Source: Escherichia coli
GTDB lineage: Bacteria > Pseudomonadota > Gammaproteobacteria > Enterobacterales > Enterobacteriaceae
Reading direction: 5' to 3' (one strand)
Assembly: GCF_048403405.1 (NCBI RefSeq)
Contig: NZ_CP183129.1
DNA length: 64,000 bases
Shown here in pieces: positions 58,157-64,000 of this stretch. The notes under the pieces are model-generated. The model made no database searches, had not been told where the DNA came from, and saw only the letters and a list, made by a program, of their open reading frames with translations. How positions within the stretch are numbered: the first letter of the stretch is position 1; the number at the start of each line of letters is the position of its first letter. The position numbers and the translations under genes are program-made.

Positions 58157-59632
58157 TTAAATATGATGAATAATCACTTTGTTGCCCCCCTCGCTTTTCG
58201 CTTCGCGTAAGGCTTTATCTGCTTCCGTCATGACAAGCGAGATATTACGTGTGTCACCCGTTGAAAAAACCGTGCCAATACTGATGGTCATTTGCTCAGG
58301 AACATCATATCTGTTACTAAAGCCGGTCAGGAGTTCGACATTTTTACGCATACGTTCCGCAATGATTTTTGCCTGGGCACTATTGAGTTCGGTAAATAGC
58401 AAGCCAAACACCTCACCCTCCAGTCGCGCTAAAATATCATCGGGGCGGATGCTTTGCTGGATAATATCGACAATTGAAACCAGCACTTTATCACCCACAC
58501 GATGTCCCCATTGGGCATTGATGCGTTTGAACTGATTAATATCAACCAGCATGACACAGAAGTCCTTAACAACAGGTCGCGACAATAATGACTCTACGCT
58601 GTTGAAAAAGTAGCGCCGATTATAAATATTGGTCAGCACATCATGAACTGCCAGTTTGCTGGAGAGTTGCAGTTCCTGAAAAATGTTATAAATCAGAAAA
58701 GACACAACAAACAGTTTACTGGAGACTTCAATCCCGCGACTGATATACCAGATGGTGTAATTATACTCATCCAGAGTTAGTAGAAGTAAGTTGCAGCATA
58801 GCGATGCCAGACATAATAATGCTATTAACGGCCATAGTTCGCTGGCTAATCGTGTACGCATGATAATAAAGAACAGTAAAAATGCCCACAGACAAACCAA
58901 TGTTTTTGTATAGTTGATTCCCCAGGTCGCAGTATGGTTGTCCGGACAGTAATCGACGACATACAAAGAATAGTCAGCGTTATAACTGCTCAGATTGTGT
59001 GCCAGAAGGGGAAAAACTAAAAAAGGAATCAGCGCCAGTAACAGAATGCCAGTTTTTTTCTTATTGTTGTCAAGGATGTTGTCTTTCCCATAACAAAAGA
59101 GCGCCAGCGAGGTTAAACAAATGAAACTGAGTTGGCGGAAAATATAGAAAATAGAAACATCATTCGACTTTGTCTGGATCAGTGTACTGCCGTTGATTGG
59201 TTTATGGATAATTACAATGGTTTCAACTAAATAGATAAGGCCACTTAAAAATGCAAGGCTTAAAATGAGTGTTGGTAAAATTTGTTTGTTAGTGAAATAC
59301 TTCATTAACATGAAAAGAAAAATGACGGCGTTAAGGAAAAACAAAGCCACAACAACCATCAGGTAATTCATCTGTGGGATGAGTTTTACATTCGTGTTTT
59401 CGTTATATAAGGTAGTAATGCAAAATAAAATTAACGTCAGCAATAAGCTGAAAATAAAAAAGCCTTGAGCTTTTAATTTTTGTGTACCCATAGAAGCCAT
59501 AAAAAGGAGAGCAATGTGAGTGCTGGATTTTATTGATGGCAGAGATATATAGTTTTGACCAGGATCAATTTTCGTTAACGATAAAAAATATTTAAAGAAT
59601 AACCCCAGGGAAACACGTGTTGACCGAATCAT
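58157..59632 (-). CDS. cdgI: GGDEF-domain membrane protein CdgI/DgcI (YeaI)
   Basis: 491-aa ORF with N-terminal multi-helix membrane domain and C-terminal GGDEF-like domain. Confidence 0.85.
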   Translation of the reverse strand: MIRSTRVSLGLFFKYFLSLTKIDPGQNYISLPSIKSSTHIALLFMASMGTQKLKAQGFFIFSLLLTLILFCITTLYNENTNVKLIPQMNYLMVVVALFFLNAVIFLFMLMKYFTNKQILPTLILSLAFLSGLIYLVETIVIIHKPINGSTLIQTKSNDVSIFYIFRQLSFICLTSLALFCYGKDNILDNNKKKTGILLLALIPFLVFPLLAHNLSSYNADYSLYVVDYCPDNHTATWGINYTKTLVCLWAFLLFFIIMRTRLASELWPLIALLCLASLCCNLLLLTLDEYNYTIWYISRGIEVSSKLFVVSFLIYNIFQELQLSSKLAVHDVLTNIYNRRYFFNSVESLLSRPVVKDFCVMLVDINQFKRINAQWGHRVGDKVLVSIVDIIQQSIRPDDILARLEGEVFGLLFTELNSAQAKIIAERMRKNVELLTGFSNRYDVPEQMTISIGTVFSTGDTRNISLVMTEADKALREAKSEGGNKVIIHHI

Positions 59633-59778
59633 TTTTCCGAATGATTGTTTTCTGGAACTAAATTGTGTAAAGGTTATGCTGTCATATTTAAAGCGATTGT
59701 AAGCTAATGTATGTAATAAATGAGATAATTTACAGTGAGCTAAAAATCAGCCAGGCGATAATGACCCGGCTGATAGTT

Positions 59779-61074
<1,296 letters not shown>

Positions 61075-61142
61075 CTACATTTGCCAACTGTATGCTACGC
61101 CTGTGTTGCCGCTTCTCTGGCCCACGGTTCGCTGTCGTTGTA

Positions 61143-61167
61143 GGCCCGGTAGCATGTGTACCGGGCC
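61143..61167 (-). repeat. Intercistronic stem-loop (GGCCCGGTA-gcatgtg-TACCGGGCC) between yeaG and yeaH
   Basis: 9-bp perfect inverted repeat 8 nt downstream of the yeaG stop; candidate mRNA processing or stability element. Confidence 0.4.
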
Positions 61168-61174
61168 AGGGTTG

Positions 61175-63109
61175 TTAAGACGATTTACGTACGCGCAAAT
61201 ACCATTCGCACAGTAAACGCACCTGTTTACGGGTGTAGCCTTTTTCCATCATACGGTCGACAAAATCGTCGTGTTTCTTTTGCTCGTCGGTTGACGTTTT
61301 GGCGTTAAACGAAATAACCGGCAACAGCTCCTCGGTATTGGAGAACATTTTCTTCTCAATAACCGTGCGCAGTTTTTCATAGCTGGTCCAGTTCGGATTG
61401 CGTCCGCTGTTATTCGCTCTGGCGCGCAGTACGAAGTTAACAATCTCGTTGCGGAAATCTTTTGGATTACTGATCCCCGCCGGTTTCTCGATTTTCTCCA
61501 GCTCGGCGTTAAGAGACTCGCGATCAAACAGCTGCCCGGTATCCGGATCGCGATACTCCTGATCCTGAATCCAGAAATCCGCGTAGGTAACATAACGGTC
61601 GAAAATGTTTTGCCCATATTCGGAATAGGATTCAAGGTAGGCCGTCTGGATCTCTTTGCCGATAAACTCGGCATATTTCGGGATCAGATAACCTTTCAGG
61701 AACTCCAGATAGCGTTCTGCCTGCTCTTGCGGGAACTGCTCGCGCTCGATCTGCTGTTCCAGGACGTAGAACAGATGGACCGGGTTTGCCGCCACTTCTA
61801 CATGATCGAAGTTGAACACGCGGGAGAGGATCTTAAACGCAAAACGCGTCGACAGACCGTTCATCCCTTCATCGACACCGGCGTAGTCACGATATTCCTG
61901 ATACGACTTGGCTTTGGGATCTGTGTCTTTCAGACTTTCGCCATCATAAACCCGCATCTTTGAATAAATGCTGGAGTTTTCTGGCTCTTTAAGGCGCGAA
62001 AGAATGGAAAAACGTGACAGCGTTTCCAGCGTGCCAGGGGCGCAGGGGGCGTGAGTCAATTCACTGTGATTAAGCAATTTCTCGTAGATTTTGATCTCTT
62101 CGGAAATGCGCAAGCAATACGGCACCTTCACGATGTAAACACGATCAAGGAAGGCTTCGTTGTTTTTGTTATTACGGAAAGTGACCCATTCGGATTCGTT
62201 CGAGTGGGCGAGAATAATCCCGTTGAACGGCAGGGCGGAGATACCTTCCGTCCCGTTGTAGTTACCTTCCTGAGTGGCGGTTAGCAAGGGATGCAGCACT
62301 TTAATCGGTGCTTTAAACATCTCAACGAATTCCATGATCCCCTGGTTGGCGCGGCACAGTGCACCGGAATAGCCGTAGGCGTCCGGGTCATTCTGCGCGT
62401 AGTGTTCGAGTTTACGAATATCGACTTTCCCAACCAGCGCGGAGATGTCCTGGTTGTTCTCATCACCGGGTTCCGTTTTGGCGATAGCAATTTGTTGCAG
62501 AATTGACGGCCAGACCTTCACTACCCGGAACTTAGTGATATCGCCACCAAATTCATGCAGGCGTTTTGCCGCCCACGGCGACATGATGGTGCCGAGATAA
62601 CGGCGAGGAATGCCATACTCTTTTTCCAGAATCTGCGCATCTTCCTGCGGATTGAAAAGACAGAACGGATGATCGTTGACCGGGCTACGCTCACCGTTGG
62701 CGCTCAATACATAAATCGGTACGAGCTGCATTAATGATTTCAGTCGCTCAGCAAGCGATGATTTACCCCCACCCACAGGCCCCAGCAGATACAGGATTTG
62801 TTTCTTCTCTTCCAGCCCCTGAGCCGCGTGTTTCAGATAAGAGACAATCTGTTCAATCGCGTCTTCCATGCCGTAAAACTCTTCAAACGCCGGATAACGT
62901 GCAATGACCCGGTTAGAAAAGAGTCGAGAAAGTCTGGGTTCCTGGGCTGTATCGACCATGACAGGCTCACCGATAGCCATCAATAGCCGCTCAGCCGCGT
63001 TGGCATAAGCACTGCGATCTTGCCGACAAGTGGTAAGAAACTCCTGCAGTGTGAACTCTTCGTCCTTGGCAGCTTCATATCGCTGGCGATAGTGATCGAA
63101 TATATTCAT
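61175..63109 (-). CDS. yeaG: PrkA-family serine protein kinase YeaG
   Basis: 644-aa ORF with Walker A (GPVGGGKSS) and PrkA-type kinase region. Confidence 0.95.
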   Translation of the reverse strand: MNIFDHYRQRYEAAKDEEFTLQEFLTTCRQDRSAYANAAERLLMAIGEPVMVDTAQEPRLSRLFSNRVIARYPAFEEFYGMEDAIEQIVSYLKHAAQGLEEKKQILYLLGPVGGGKSSLAERLKSLMQLVPIYVLSANGERSPVNDHPFCLFNPQEDAQILEKEYGIPRRYLGTIMSPWAAKRLHEFGGDITKFRVVKVWPSILQQIAIAKTEPGDENNQDISALVGKVDIRKLEHYAQNDPDAYGYSGALCRANQGIMEFVEMFKAPIKVLHPLLTATQEGNYNGTEGISALPFNGIILAHSNESEWVTFRNNKNNEAFLDRVYIVKVPYCLRISEEIKIYEKLLNHSELTHAPCAPGTLETLSRFSILSRLKEPENSSIYSKMRVYDGESLKDTDPKAKSYQEYRDYAGVDEGMNGLSTRFAFKILSRVFNFDHVEVAANPVHLFYVLEQQIEREQFPQEQAERYLEFLKGYLIPKYAEFIGKEIQTAYLESYSEYGQNIFDRYVTYADFWIQDQEYRDPDTGQLFDRESLNAELEKIEKPAGISNPKDFRNEIVNFVLRARANNSGRNPNWTSYEKLRTVIEKKMFSNTEELLPVISFNAKTSTDEQKKHDDFVDRMMEKGYTRKQVRLLCEWYLRVRKSS

Positions 63110-63544
63110 GGTATGCCGTCCTTTCGTTTTTTAGCACAGGTTAAGAGCCGTTCATATGAATAGTAGAGGCTCCCGGAAGAGGTAAACTGAACGACGTCTC
63201 TTGCTAAAACACAGCAACTCTCATGCCATTTTATCGACGATGAGAACAACGTGCCCGGTGATACACCTTCAAAATTAAGCGTAGATGGCAAATGGAAAAC
63301 TTGCCTGCACGGCTTTCTTAATTTCAATGGCATATCAACAACTCATCCATAAATTTTGCATAATTAATGTAAAGACCAGGGTCGCCAGTAACGCTAAATT
63401 CATTTGGCTGTAAGCGCGGTGTCATCCGCGTCAGGAAAATTAAACAGTTACTTTAAAAAATGAAAACGTAAAAAGGTTGGGTTTCGATGTATTGACGGGT
63501 AAACTTTGTCGCCCGCTAAACATTTGTTTAAGGAATGATTAATT

Positions 63545-64000
63545 GTGACCAAACTCAAACTTCTGGCACTTGGAGTGCTTATCGCAACGTCTGCAGGCGT
63601 AGCGCACGCTGAAGGTAAATTTTCCCTGGGCGCAGGCGTAGGTGTCGTTGAACACCCATATAAAGATTACGATACCGATGTTTACCCAGTACCGGTAATC
63701 AACTATGAAGGCGATAACTTCTGGTTCCGTGGCTTAGGTGGTGGTTACTACCTGTGGAATGACGCAACGGACAAACTTTCAATTACCGCTTACTGGTCGC
63801 CGCTTTACTTCAAAGCGAAAGACAGTGGCGATCACCAAATGCGTCACCTGGATGACCGTAAGAGCACCATGATGGCTGGTCTGTCTTATGCTCACTTTAC
63901 CCAGTACGGTTACCTGCGTACCACCCTGGCTGGCGATACCCTGGATAACAGCAACGGCATTGTCTGGGATATGGCCTGGTTGTATCGTTACACCAACGGC
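63545..64000 (+). CDS. mipA: MltA-interacting outer membrane protein MipA (5' part; continues beyond the window end)
   Basis: Open frame from GTG 63545 to the window edge: VTKLKLLALGVLIATSAGVAHAEGKFSLGAGVGVVEHPYKDYD...; no stop in the window, so absent from the ORF track. Confidence 0.85.
   Translation, partial: MTKLKLLALGVLIATSAGVAHAEGKFSLGAGVGVVEHPYKDYDTDVYPVPVINYEGDNFWFRGLGGGYYLWNDATDKLSITAYWSPLYFKAKDSGDHQMRHLDDRKSTMMAGLSYAHFTQYGYLRTTLAGDTLDNSNGIVWDMAWLYRYTNG

Overview
This window is an Escherichia coli K-12-like core chromosome segment, colinear (in reverse orientation) with the ptrB-exoX-holE-pphA-rsmF-letAB-proQ-prc-htpX-kdgR-mgrB-cspC-mntP-manXYZ-sdaA-pabB-fadD-rnd-dmlA-leuE-yeaG-mipA region. 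Nearly every ORF corresponds to a known E. coli protein, recognised from the translations; no database search was possible. I found no CRISPR array, prophage, integron or defence island, and no convincing previously undescribed system. Three things depart from what I expect of the reference arrangement. (1) An IS200/IS605-family element at the left edge (about 1-1000) carries a divergent HUH transposase gene tnpA and a truncated-by-window tnpB, the RNA-guided nuclease family. (2) fadD carries a 1-nt deletion in a G6 homopolymer, splitting it into two frames. (3) dgcJ (yeaJ) has its N-terminal membrane segment out of frame with the rest of the gene, suggesting an internal deletion. Known small RNAs (sdsR/ryeA, sroD) and the mntP manganese riboswitch are present. 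Gene starts were chosen from recalled protein N-termini and are less certain than the gene identities.
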